Positions 26,845 to 35,972 of a DNA stretch of 64,000 nucleotides are shown here, one piece after another. The stretch's first letter is position 1. Each line of letters starts with the position of its first letter. The stretch covers positions 49,071 through 113,070 of the forward strand of contig CAWGAO010000007.1 of assembly GCA_963820595.1 (NCBI GenBank). Direction: 5' to 3'. Below the pieces are notes generated by a model. That model was not told the DNA's origin, did no database searches, and saw only the letters and a list, made by a program, of their open reading frames with translations. A program made the position numbers and the translations under genes. Source of the stretch: Candidatus Tagabacteria bacterium. GTDB lineage: Bacteria > Patescibacteriota > Minisyncoccia > GCA-002779875.

Positions 26845-28359
26845 TTAATCTCCGAATTGAATTCCTTGTGCCAACGGCAATTCCTTTGACCAATTAATGG
26901 TGCAAGTTTGCCTTCTCATATATGCTTTCCAGGAGTCGCTTCCGGCTTCGCGGCCACCGCCAGTTTCTTTTTCTCCGCCGAATGCCAATCCTATCTCGGC
27001 GCCGCTTGTGCCGATATTAACGTTGGCGATTCCGCAATCGCTTCCGCGATGACTCAAGAATGTTTCCGCAGTCATCAAATCGTTTGTGAATATTGCAGAA
27101 GAAAGCCCCTGTGACACTTCATTATTCAGTTGAATCGCTTCTTCTATATCTTCTATTCCGAGAAGATATAGAATGGGGGCAAATGTTTCTTCTTTGATGA
27201 TAGCCATATTTTTATGGCCTACTACCAATGTCGGCTCTACAAAAAATCCAGGGCGTACTATTCTCCCGCCGCCGTGAATTATTTGGCCGCCTTGCCTCTT
27301 TATTTCTTCTATCGCCGCCATCATATTTTTAACAGCTTTTTCATTAACCAGCGGCCCCATCAAGGTTTTTGGGTCAAGAGGATCGCCGATTTTAATTTGC
27401 CCATACGCTTTTAGCAAGCGTTGAATTAATTGAGAGATAATTCCTTTTTGCGCCAAGACGCGGCGCGTGGTAGTGCAGCGTTGACCGGCAGTTCCTACGG
27501 CGCCAAAAAGAATCGCGCGGGTTGCCAAATCAAGATTAGCATCATTCATAACGATTACGGCATTATTGCCGCCAAGTTCCAGAAGAACTCTTCCCAGGCG
27601 TTTACTCACCGCTCTGGCAACATGGTAACCCATCTTGCAAGAACCTGTCGCGCTGATTAGCGCGATGCGTTTATCCGAAATCAAGCGTTCGCCAATGGAT
27701 TCTCCTTCGCCGATAACAAGGTTAAAAATATCCCGCAGGTCGTGGCGCCTTAAAACGCGATTGCATATATTTTGAACCGCGATAGCGGTAAGCGGAGTTT
27801 CTGAAGAAGGTTTCCAAATCGTTGTGTTACCGCAAATAGCGGCAATAGCTGCATTCCAAGCCCATACGGCAACAGGAAAATTGAATGCAGTGATAATTCC
27901 CACTATGCCTAAAGAATGCCATTGCTCGTACATGCGATGGGAAGGACGTTCGCTGTGTGTCATAATCCCATAAAGCTGTCTAGAGAGGCCGACCGCATAA
28001 TCGCAAATATCTATCATTTCCTGAACCTCGCCTTCCCCTTCGGCGATAATCTTTCCCATCTCCATGGACACCAATGTGCCAAGTTCCTATTTATAAATTC
28101 GCAGTTCTTCGCCAATTTGGCGGACAATTTCTCCGCGTTTTGGAGCTGGCAGCATTCGCCAGCTTTTAAAAGATTCCTGGGCTGCCAAAACTACTTCTTC
28201 GTAACTTTCAGGAACGGCTTTCAGAACCCGGGCAATTTCTTCGCCAGTTGCCGGATTAATTGAAACTAATTCCTCGCCGACTGGATTTTTAATCCACTCG
28301 CCGCTACAAACGCCAAAATTGGTTTTTTGGATTTTTAACTCTTCCAGAATGCCTTTCAT
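26845..28359 (-). pseudogene. ALDH7/antiquitin-like aldehyde dehydrogenase interrupted by an in-frame TAG (28087-28089)
   Basis: 28087-28359 and 26845-28074 are in the same frame: ...[52 protein letters not shown]. The alignment is continuous with the ALDH7 pattern (IVRQIG..LR....LG.LVSLEMGKI..EG.GEVQE). Confidence 0.8.
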
Positions 28360-28482
28360 ATTGTCTCTTTTGTCTCCTTTTTTGATTTTTCAAAGAAAAA
28401 TGACTAGAAACTATTCCTAGCCATTCGTAGTATTATTTGGAATTTCCGTCAAGTTTTTGTAGAGAACGCCAATTCCCAAAGA

Positions 28483-29038
28483 TTAAAATTTTGCCACCAA
28501 AGAACCGGCAAAATAAGAAAGAATTACGATAAATATTGCCAGTCCCACAGTGGTTAAAACGGCTTTATACGGATTTTTCTGATTTACAACCGCTTGTTCC
28601 GCGCTTAAAAGCGCCAAAACAATTCCGCCCCATATAAGATCAATCCAAACTCCAGCATTCAAGTGGAAAAAATAATATGGGAATAATAAAAGTCAAAGGC
28701 AGGAAAAATTTTCCCAACAAAGTCATAAACGCATGCCTTAATGCCACTGCTTTACTTTCTCCCCTTTCTGCGCATTTAGACATAAACATGCCGAACGCAT
28801 CGGAACAGCTGTCAGCAACCGCAATCGCGGCAACGGCCGCAACAACGGACAATCGCGAGGAAGTGGCGGAGTTAACGCCGACTAGAACGCCGACTGTCGT
28901 TAAAACGCCCGACGTGATACCAAAAGCCAATTCTCCGACTTTTTTATGGAAGCGAAGGACCGAACGGAGCCAGCCGGGCAAATTCCGGGCTATCATCATA
29001 TCCAAATAGCTCTCGCTTAAATACTTCCTTTTCGCCAA
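28483..29038 (-). pseudogene. VIT1/CCC1-like membrane protein (tentative) with a frameshift near 28640
   Basis: The frame continues after ...FFPL as AGVWIDLIWGGIVLALLSAEQAVVNQKNPYKAVLTTVGLAIFIVILSYFAGSLVAKF in the +1 frame. The true start is probably MMIARNLPGWLRS near 29000. Confidence 0.4.
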
Positions 29039-29450
29039 GGCCTAAAATTTTAAGCATTTCAAAAAGGCCGTTTTCGCTGGTTGAACGGATTTCCGTAAAT
29101 TCTCCCAAAAATTCCACTTCATCTATGGCGATAACGGATTCGCGAAAACGAAACAAAATTCTTTTTTTGAAAACCGTAACCAAAATTCCCCTTTCTTTTA
29201 TCAGACGGTTCGCTTCGGATTTGGAAATTATTCTTTCGGATACGTCTTTAATCATCGCCCGCTCGCCTACGTCATTTTCTTTTTGGGCGAATATGTATTG
29301 TCCGCCTTCTTCGCGGATACGCCAAGTTATTTCTCCGGAAAGATAAATGTCGTTCTGCGTAACCTGGCCCAATGGTTCGGCGCCGAGCCCTAAAAGCACG
29401 GAAAGATCCAATCCGCCTTTTATTTTTATCTGATATTCTTTTCTCGGCAT
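28944..29450 (-). CDS. CYTH-domain protein (class IV adenylate cyclase / triphosphatase-like), tentative
   Basis: N-terminal EYQIKIK (ExExK-like), a length of about 168 aa, and alternating beta-strand pattern. The C-terminus overlaps the next gene. Confidence 0.45.
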   Translation of the reverse strand: MPRKEYQIKIKGGLDLSVLLGLGAEPLGQVTQNDIYLSGEITWRIREEGGQYIFAQKENDVGERAMIKDVSERIISKSEANRLIKERGILVTVFKKRILFRFRESVIAIDEVEFLGEFTEIRSTSENGLFEMLKILGLGEKEVFKRELFGYDDSPEFARLAPFGPSLP

Positions 29451-29460
29451 TGTTTATGTA

Positions 29461-29967
29461 TTATTGCTCTAAAACCGCTTTTATGCGCCGCACGCCCGCG
29501 CTTGAAGCTTCTTCTTTGATGATTTTAAATTTTCCCAAAACTCCTGTGCGTTCTACGTGAGGTCCTCCGCAAATTTCTTTCGAGAAGTCGCCGATAGAGT
29601 AAACTTTCACCTTATCTCCGTATTTTTGCTCGAAAACTCCCGTCGCGCCCTGTTTCTTCGCTTCCTCCAAACTCATTTCCTCCATTTTCACGGGCAAATC
29701 TTCTTTGATTTTTTGGTTTACTAAATTTTCTGTCTGTTTTACCTGTTCCGGTGTCATTTTTTCGGGATGAGAAAAATCAAATCTCATCCGTTCGGTCGTG
29801 ATATTCGAACCTTTCTGAGTAACATGTCCGCCTAAAATTTTTCGCAAAGCCGCCAGCAATAAATGAGTTGCGGTGTGATATTTTGTCACCATTTCCGAAT
29901 GGTCTGCCAAGCCGGATTTGAAAATGCCGGCGCGCTGCAGTGCGGGAAAGCTCTTGGTGTTGTTCAA
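29461..29967 (-). CDS. AlaX-S-like / AlaRS editing-core protein (TTG start)
   Basis: HTATHLLLAALRKILGGHVTQKGS...RFDFSH...CGGPHV...GVRRIKAV are the AlaRS second-additional-domain motifs. 214 nt of non-coding sequence, including its own AAGGAGGG, separates it from the alaS fragments. Confidence 0.75.
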   Translation of the reverse strand: MNNTKSFPALQRAGIFKSGLADHSEMVTKYHTATHLLLAALRKILGGHVTQKGSNITTERMRFDFSHPEKMTPEQVKQTENLVNQKIKEDLPVKMEEMSLEEAKKQGATGVFEQKYGDKVKVYSIGDFSKEICGGPHVERTGVLGKFKIIKEEASSAGVRRIKAVLEQ

Positions 29968-30181
29968 ATGCCTTTTGAAATTCTACTTTATCATTTTCGA
30001 ATTTTAGTAATTATCCCTCCTTTCTTCTTGCTCTATTTTTTATCTCTTCAATACTCATTTCTATGGGAAATCCATAGAGTTTGAGATAAAAATATCAAAC
30101 GCTGCCTAATCGCTCTTCCGTCCAAAATCACGAGTTAATTTCTTGGACTTGCAAATTTTTTATTTCACTTTTCAAGGTCGT

Positions 30182-31382
30182 TTAATCCCTTTCCAAAGCT
30201 TTTAAATTTTCCTCTCTCACTAATTGTTCTTCGATAAAATTTTTATGTTCTTTTAGTTCAGGATAATCATTTTTATAAATATCAATAACAACTTTGGCGA
30301 TTTTGAAAGTAAAAATATCGTTTATTCCTATTTGTTTTCCGTATCTGACGCTACGGCGGATAAGCCGGCTCAAAACATAGCCGCGTTCAACGTTGGACGG
30401 TTCAACTCCTTCGGCCAAAATAAACGCTAGCGGCTTTGATATGGTCGCTGATTATCCTAATCGCTCTTTCTTTTTCGGCTTTTTTTTCGAGTCCGGCAAT
30501 CTGCTTATTTATGGCATGGCCGGGGTCGTAAAGCGCGTCAAAAGAATCGGTCGGCTCGGCGGAAATTCCGGCGATTTTTCTGATTTCTGAAACAATCGGT
30601 TTGAATAATTCCGTTTCGTAAACGCTGTTCTGCCCGTTTAAAACGGCGATTATCCTCTCCAAGCCCATTCCGGTATCCACGTTTTTTTGTTTCAGGGGTT
30701 CGAATTCTCCGGCGGAGTTTTTGTTGTACTGCATGAAAACATCGTTCCAAAATTCAAGCCACAGAGGATTAGCGGCATCGAAAATTTCCGGAGGTTTTTC
30801 CGACTCCCCCATCCAATAAAACATTTCGGTATCAGGACCGCACGGTCCTGTTTCTCCCGCCGGGCCCCACCAGTTATTTTCTTTGGGGAGTTTGGCGATT
30901 CTTTTTTCGGAAACCCCCAAACTTTTCCATATCTCAAAAGCTTCCTTGTCGAAAGGCGCATCGTTGTCGCCGGCAAAAACTGAAACTGCGATCCGGTTTT
31001 TATCTAAAGCCAGCCATTTTTTCGAGGTTAAAAATTCCCAGCTCCATTCTATCGTTTCTTTTTTCCAATAACCTGCCCCGATTCCATCAGGGCTGGCGGG
31101 GTCTCCCAAAGACCAATTGCCCAGCATTTCAAGAAAAGTCACGTGCCAATCGTCGCCCACCTCGTCTATATCGCTCGTTCTGATGCATTTTTGAACGTCG
31201 GCCAGGCGTTTTCCGGCCGGATGTTTCTCTCCCAAAAGATACGGCACCAAAGGATGCATTCCGGCAGTGGTAAAAAGCACTGTCGGGTCGTGTTCGGGAA
31301 TCAAAGGCGCGCCGGGGATAATCACATGTCCTTTCGATTTAAAAAATTCCAGATATTTTTTCTTTAACTCGATTGAATTCAT
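30182..31382 (-). pseudogene. alaS: alanyl-tRNA synthetase catalytic and tRNA-recognition part, frameshifted at about 30410
   Basis: N-terminal FFKSKGHVIIPGAPLIP...FTTAGM. Fragment 1 ends ...RIISDHIKAASVYFGRRS* while the +1 frame gives FILAEGVEPSNVERGYVLSRLIRR, the conserved AlaRS continuation. Confidence 0.8.
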
Positions 31383-31392
31383 AATTTGATTA

Positions 31393-32127
31393 TTACTTTA
31401 CGCATTTTATCGCCATAAATGGTGGCTTACTTAAATATTGTTTCCAAAAATCGCGCCCAAATTTCTTAAATCCTTCTTTGGAAACAATCGGCTTGTACCA
31501 TTTTATAACCTTGAAACCCGCTTGCCGCAAGGCCTTGTTATAAGTTTCTTTCTTCCAAAAATAATTTTTAAAACTGCAGACCTCACTCCCATTCTTATAA
31601 AGAGAAATCATCAATATATTACCTTCTTTTAAAGGTTTTTTAGCTTTTACGCTAAGATCGTATTTTTTATCAAATTTTAATGGAATCAAGGGATTATTAT
31701 TTATAGCCACGAACTTTCCTCCTTTTTTAAGATTCTTGTAAATATTTTTGCATATGGCTGTAAGGCCTTTTCCAGTTTTTGCGAAGTCAAGCAAATGTGT
31801 AGTTATAACTAAGTCAAATTGTCTTATTTTGGAAAGGTTTTTGACATCACAAACGAAAAATTTTATTCCAAGCGGTTTCGTCTTTTCTTCCTGCCGGGCC
31901 AAGGCTATCATTTTTGAAGAAACATCCACTCCTAAAACTTTTGCCGCGCCTTGTTGTTTAAGAAACCGCGAATAAAAACCTTCTCCGCAAGCTAATACTA
32001 AAACTTTACTCCCTTTAATTTTTTTAAAAAGACGAAGAAAAGTAGGTATGAAGCTGTAATGACGAAGGATGTTATCCGTAGCACCCTTTTTATATTGCTG
32101 GGCAATTTTGTTAAATTCAACTTGCAT
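31393..32127 (-). CDS. class I SAM-dependent methyltransferase
   Basis: Motif I VLVLACGEGFYS and post-I VLGVDVSSKMI. Confidence 0.8.
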   Translation of the reverse strand: MQVEFNKIAQQYKKGATDNILRHYSFIPTFLRLFKKIKGSKVLVLACGEGFYSRFLKQQGAAKVLGVDVSSKMIALARQEEKTKPLGIKFFVCDVKNLSKIRQFDLVITTHLLDFAKTGKGLTAICKNIYKNLKKGGKFVAINNNPLIPLKFDKKYDLSVKAKKPLKEGNILMISLYKNGSEVCSFKNYFWKKETYNKALRQAGFKVIKWYKPIVSKEGFKKFGRDFWKQYLSKPPFMAIKCVK

Positions 32128-32275
32128 ATTATCTAATAAGTAAGTATATACTACGTTTAATTACGTCGTTCGAACGTAATTAAAATAAATTTTCATTACG
32201 TTCTCTCTAGTAATTATAGAAAAATCGGCTGTTTTGGCAATAAAAAAAACGCCCGGATTAAAGCCGGGCGTTCCA

Positions 32276-32713
32276 TTATTTTTTCTTATGACATTCTTTG
32301 CAGGCTGTCGGGCCAGTTGGCTTGCCTTCTTTTTTACGGTCTTCATGGCAACCCTTACAACTTTTATGGAATGCATCTTTTTTAGAAGGAGTATTTCCTT
32401 CCGCCTTCTTTTTATGGCAATCCCTGCAGAGATCTCCACTTTTTTGATTTTTGTCTTTGTCCCACGTATGGTGACACTTGGAATCATAACAATCAATTTT
32501 GTATTCGACATTGTGCTTTTTATGGGTGAATGTCACATCGCCATAAGAACATTCAAACGTAATCACGTCTTTGGTAATACCGTTTCCAGACGTATCAGCT
32601 TGCGCTACTCCTTGAGTAAAAGGTATTCTTGATAAGATAATGGCGCCGCTCCAAAAGCAAAGAAGTACGACCACAATAATTAATTCTGAAATTTCAATTT
32701 CTTTTCTTCTCAT
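32276..32713 (-). CDS. tetraheme cytochrome c (c3/c7 family-like), membrane-anchored or secreted
   Basis: Four heme-binding sites: CYDSKCH (CX4CH), CRDCH, CKGCH and CKECH. His-rich spacing resembles Geobacter PpcA / Desulfovibrio c3 (GDVTFTHKKH...). N-terminal hydrophobic helix. Confidence 0.75.
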   Translation of the reverse strand: MRRKEIEISELIIVVVLLCFWSGAIILSRIPFTQGVAQADTSGNGITKDVITFECSYGDVTFTHKKHNVEYKIDCYDSKCHHTWDKDKNQKSGDLCRDCHKKKAEGNTPSKKDAFHKSCKGCHEDRKKEGKPTGPTACKECHKKK

Positions 32714-32726
32714 TTTTTCTCCTTTT

Positions 32727-33110
32727 TTATTCTTCCGGTTTTTTTACCAAAGTCGCGGCGAATGTTATTCTGCAAATCGTTTTTGACACTTTCCGCAATA
32801 TCGTAATTTTTATCCTGTCGCCGGGCCTGTTCCTGGTTATCAATTTGGCCACGTCGGCTTGAGTGATTGCCGTAACGCCATTTATGGAAACTATCCTGTC
32901 GCCGGCTGTCAACCCCGCATTTTCCGCGGGAGAATTCGGAAGAACCTCCGTGATAATCAGACAATTGTCGTACCCGATGCCAAGAAAACCTTTGGGCCCG
33001 AATGATCTGTCAAGATTGTCGCCCACCAGATACACGAACGAAGCGATGCCAATGAACACAACGAAACAAAACGCGTAAATGGCCAAATTCCTGCGAGTCG
33101 GTTTTTTCAT
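32727..33110 (-). CDS. membrane-anchored PDZ-domain protein
   Basis: TM helix followed by GIGYDNCLIITEVLPNSPAENAGLTAGDRIVSINGV, the PDZ carboxylate-binding loop and core. Confidence 0.75.
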   Translation of the reverse strand: MKKPTRRNLAIYAFCFVVFIGIASFVYLVGDNLDRSFGPKGFLGIGYDNCLIITEVLPNSPAENAGLTAGDRIVSINGVTAITQADVAKLITRNRPGDRIKITILRKVSKTICRITFAATLVKKPEE

Positions 33111-33228
33111 CTTCTCTCCTTATTTATTTTCAAAGATTTATATGCCGTATTCTGAATTAGATTCTATCAAAACGGAAAATGGCCGTCAAATAATAATCCC
33201 TCCGCCGAGCATTTCCTGCCCTGTACTT

Positions 33229-34266
33229 TTATGATTTCCTGGAAGCAAAGATAAATTTGAAATATTTATTAGTGCAGGGGTTACCGTTCGCGACATTAAA
33301 ACTTAGCTTCTTCAAATCTATTATCACGCTAGCCAATGTTGCCGATGATTCAAGGTCGTCATTTTTCGGATGCCGACAAATACTCATCGGTTTTTTATAG
33401 TGGTCGGATAAAACATTCTTAACGTTTTCAAAAGACGGCTTTCCCAACTTCTTCATCAATACATCGGCTCTTTTGACCTTAAACGCGGAGATGGGGTTGA
33501 AATCTTGAGGAATTTTTTTGAAAGGATTTAAAAGGTAATGCACGGCATGTGCATAACTGTCTTCCAGCGGTTTTTCCGATAATCTCTTGTGATAAGTTTC
33601 CAAAGTAATGCCTCTGTTTTCCTTTTGCGAAAATATTAAAAAGTGCAAACCGGAGAAATTAGGAAACTTACGAAGTATTTTTCGCGATTGCCCGATAGAT
33701 CGCGATTCCAGTAAAGCCCTGCCGATGAAGCTTCGGGCGAATCCGGCTTTGTGCATTTTCTTGGGATATACCGTATCCAAAGCGTGCACCATGCGAAAAG
33801 AATTGATGGATATGCTGTCTCCGCAAAGCAAGCCCGGGTAATTTAAAGTGATAAAAGATATTTTTTTATTCAGACCCGCTTCCACGAGGAGAAGTTTGCC
33901 GTAATTGGCGGCAAATTCTTCTTCGTTATGCCCGATAAACGCATTTCGGCTGTTTTTCCAGAAAATTGTTGTGCATTTGCCTTCAAAATTTTTAAAACCA
34001 CATTCATCTTCAAAGCAGTTATAGGCGAATAAATCGACAAAAGGAATATTCGCGCCGTCAGCCATACCTTTCAATTCGGCGACAAAATCAGGAAAAAATT
34101 TTTCATGCCGAGGCAAAGCTTTTTTGGCGGCCTTCAGAAGTTTGGTTTTTAAAATCAGCTTATTGAAAAGATAGTTTATTTCCTTTTTCTGCTTTCTGCC
34201 GATAACTTTTCCGATATCGTAATTCCTGCCCTTTATTTCAAGAAATCTTATTTTACTTAATTTCAT
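33229..34266 (-). CDS. Ntn-hydrolase, peptidase C45 / acyl-CoA:6-APA acyltransferase-like (tentative)
   Basis: FEGKCTTIFW (candidate nucleophile Cys) followed by IGHNEE; about 345 aa. Confidence 0.5.
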   Translation of the reverse strand: MKLSKIRFLEIKGRNYDIGKVIGRKQKKEINYLFNKLILKTKLLKAAKKALPRHEKFFPDFVAELKGMADGANIPFVDLFAYNCFEDECGFKNFEGKCTTIFWKNSRNAFIGHNEEEFAANYGKLLLVEAGLNKKISFITLNYPGLLCGDSISINSFRMVHALDTVYPKKMHKAGFARSFIGRALLESRSIGQSRKILRKFPNFSGLHFLIFSQKENRGITLETYHKRLSEKPLEDSYAHAVHYLLNPFKKIPQDFNPISAFKVKRADVLMKKLGKPSFENVKNVLSDHYKKPMSICRHPKNDDLESSATLASVIIDLKKLSFNVANGNPCTNKYFKFIFASRKS

Positions 34267-34351
34267 AAAAATATTTTAAATTTTTTATTCAGGACTACGG
34301 TTGATACTATTTATTTTAGTATATAGAAAAAAACCGTGTTGGCAATCAGTT

Positions 34352-34399
34352 AAAACAAAAAACCCTGGCCGATTAAACTGGTCAGGGTTGTTTTTGTTT
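34352..34399. terminator. bidirectional intrinsic terminator
   Basis: AAAACAAAAAA-CCCTGGCC-gattaaact-GGTCAGGG-TTGTTTTTGTTT. Confidence 0.75.
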
Positions 34400-34407
34400 A
34401 GTTTTAT

Positions 34408-34647
34408 TCATTTCAAGAACGAAATATAAAAACCGATAATAAGAACGTCAACAACAAGAGAAGCCACAAACATCAGCGCTCCAAATAAAATGGCTATTAT
34501 GCCGCGGGAAATAAAATTTGAAAAGAACCAATCCCCTTTTGTTTTGGAGCTAACCCAGGCATAACATATTCCTGCGCCAGTAAAAATTATTGAGATAATA
34601 TCACAAATTATCTCGACCCCTAAAGTCATCTGTATTCCATTCAGCAT
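34408..34647 (-). CDS. small two/three-TM membrane protein
   Basis: 79-aa hydrophobic ORF with AAAAGGAGGAAG upstream of the ATG. Confidence 0.5.
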   Translation of the reverse strand: MLNGIQMTLGVEIICDIISIIFTGAGICYAWVSSKTKGDWFFSNFISRGIIAILFGALMFVASLVVDVLIIGFYISFLK

Positions 34648-34680
34648 TTTTCTTCCTCCTTTTCGGTTCGGTTTGAATTA

Positions 34681-34708
34681 TCGCTTTTCTTTTCAAAGAA
34701 AAGCGATA
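34681..34708 (-). terminator. perfect 12-bp-arm palindrome downstream of mnmA
   Basis: ATCGCTTTTCTT-ttca-AAGAAAAGCGAT. Confidence 0.55.
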
Positions 34709-34754
34709 CGATTTAAACCAATTATATCATATCCGCATTTCTTGTCAAGCCTTG

Positions 34755-35972
34755 TCAAATAATAATGCCGCCACCGAGCATTTCGGCGCCACGATATAAA
34801 ACTAAAGATTGGCCGGAAGTTACGGCTCGCTGGGGTTTTTTAAAATGAATGGTTGCGGAATCTCCGCTTAATGACACAATTTTGCATTTTTGGAGCGGCT
34901 GCCGGTATCTGATGCGCGCCGCATATTCCTCTTTTAAATTTGGGGCGCCATTAATCCAGTTTGCGCCGCCGATAACTACCTCCTTTTTATAAAATTCTTT
35001 TTCTTCTTTTTCTTTGGCAACAACCAAAACGTTATTTTTCAAATCTTTGGCAACAATGTAATAAGGACCGCCGGGAATATTGAGGCCGTGGCGCTGGCCA
35101 ATCGTGTAAAAATGCGCGCCGTCGTGCTTGCCGATTGTTTTTCCGTCCGCTGCACGGATTTCTCCTTCTTTCTTCGGCAGTATGTTTCTTAGAAATAATG
35201 AAAAATTAATATCTCCCACAAAACACAAACCCTGGCTGTCTTTTTTCTCGGCGGTCGGAAGTCCAAATTTTCTCGCGAGCTTTCGCACTTCGGGTTTTTT
35301 ATAATCCCCTATCGGAAACAAACAGTATTTCAATTGTTCCTGCGTCAAAGTCCAAAGAAAATAACTCTGGTCCTTATTTTTATCTACGGCAATTTTGAGA
35401 TTTGAGATTTGAGATTTGAGATTGCGACGTAGTCGCACATAATGGCCGGTGGCGATATAATCAGCGCCCATTTTAAGAGCATTTTCCAAAAACAAACCGA
35501 ATTTGATGTATTTATTGCACATCACGTCCGGATTGGGAGTTCGTCCTGCCGCGTATTCTTTCTTCATGTATTCCACTACTTTTTCTTCATAATCTTTTGA
35601 AAAATCAAAAGTCAAAAAAGGAATGCCGAGCTTGGCGGCTGCTCTCACCGCGTCCCGCCTTTCTTCTTTCCAGCCGCAAACCATTCCTTCGGGCTGCCAA
35701 CCTTTGGCAAAAGCCCCGACAATATCAAATCCCCTAAACCCCTTCGGGGTCGGGCGTCCTGTGAGTTTTTCAAACTCACGAGGATTAGCCTGCTTTTTGA
35801 GCAAGGCTGCGGCGACTGAACTGTCTACGCCGCCGGACATAGCTACGAATACTTTTTGGCGTTTTATTTTTTTCACAGATTTCACTTCAAATATTGATTC
35901 TTTTTCTGGACGTGTTCCGCGAAAGTTTTGCTGTAGTAAATATTGCCGCTTTTGTCCGACAGATAGTACCAA
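34755..35972 (-). CDS. mnmA: tRNA 2-thiouridine(34) synthase MnmA, with a 20-aa palindrome-encoded insert and a heptamer repeat
   Basis: PP-loop AMSGGVDSSVAA, ATGHY and KDQSYFL. The extra ANPREFEKLTGRPTPKGFRG sits right after the PP-loop helix. Confidence 0.9.
   Translation of the reverse strand: MVLSVGQKRQYLLQQNFRGTRPEKESIFEVKSVKKIKRQKVFVAMSGGVDSSVAAALLKKQANPREFEKLTGRPTPKGFRGFDIVGAFAKGWQPEGMVCGWKEERRDAVRAAAKLGIPFLTFDFSKDYEEKVVEYMKKEYAAGRTPNPDVMCNKYIKFGLFLENALKMGADYIATGHYVRLRRNLKSQISNLKIAVDKNKDQSYFLWTLTQEQLKYCLFPIGDYKKPEVRKLARKFGLPTAEKKDSQGLCFVGDINFSLFLRNILPKKEGEIRAADGKTIGKHDGAHFYTIGQRHGLNIPGGPYYIVAKDLKNNVLVVAKEKEEKEFYKKEVVIGGANWINGAPNLKEEYAARIRYRQPLQKCKIVSLSGDSATIHFKKPQRAVTSGQSLVLYRGAEMLGGGIII

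Noticed and set aside
28944-29038. A 95-nt overlap between the CYTH-like ORF and the VIT-like ORF, suggesting a fusion or programmed frameshift.
   Set aside because: An internal ATG-ATG (MMIARNLPGWLRS) gives a sensible VIT start with much less overlap. I found no slippery sequence, so boundary uncertainty is the simpler explanation.
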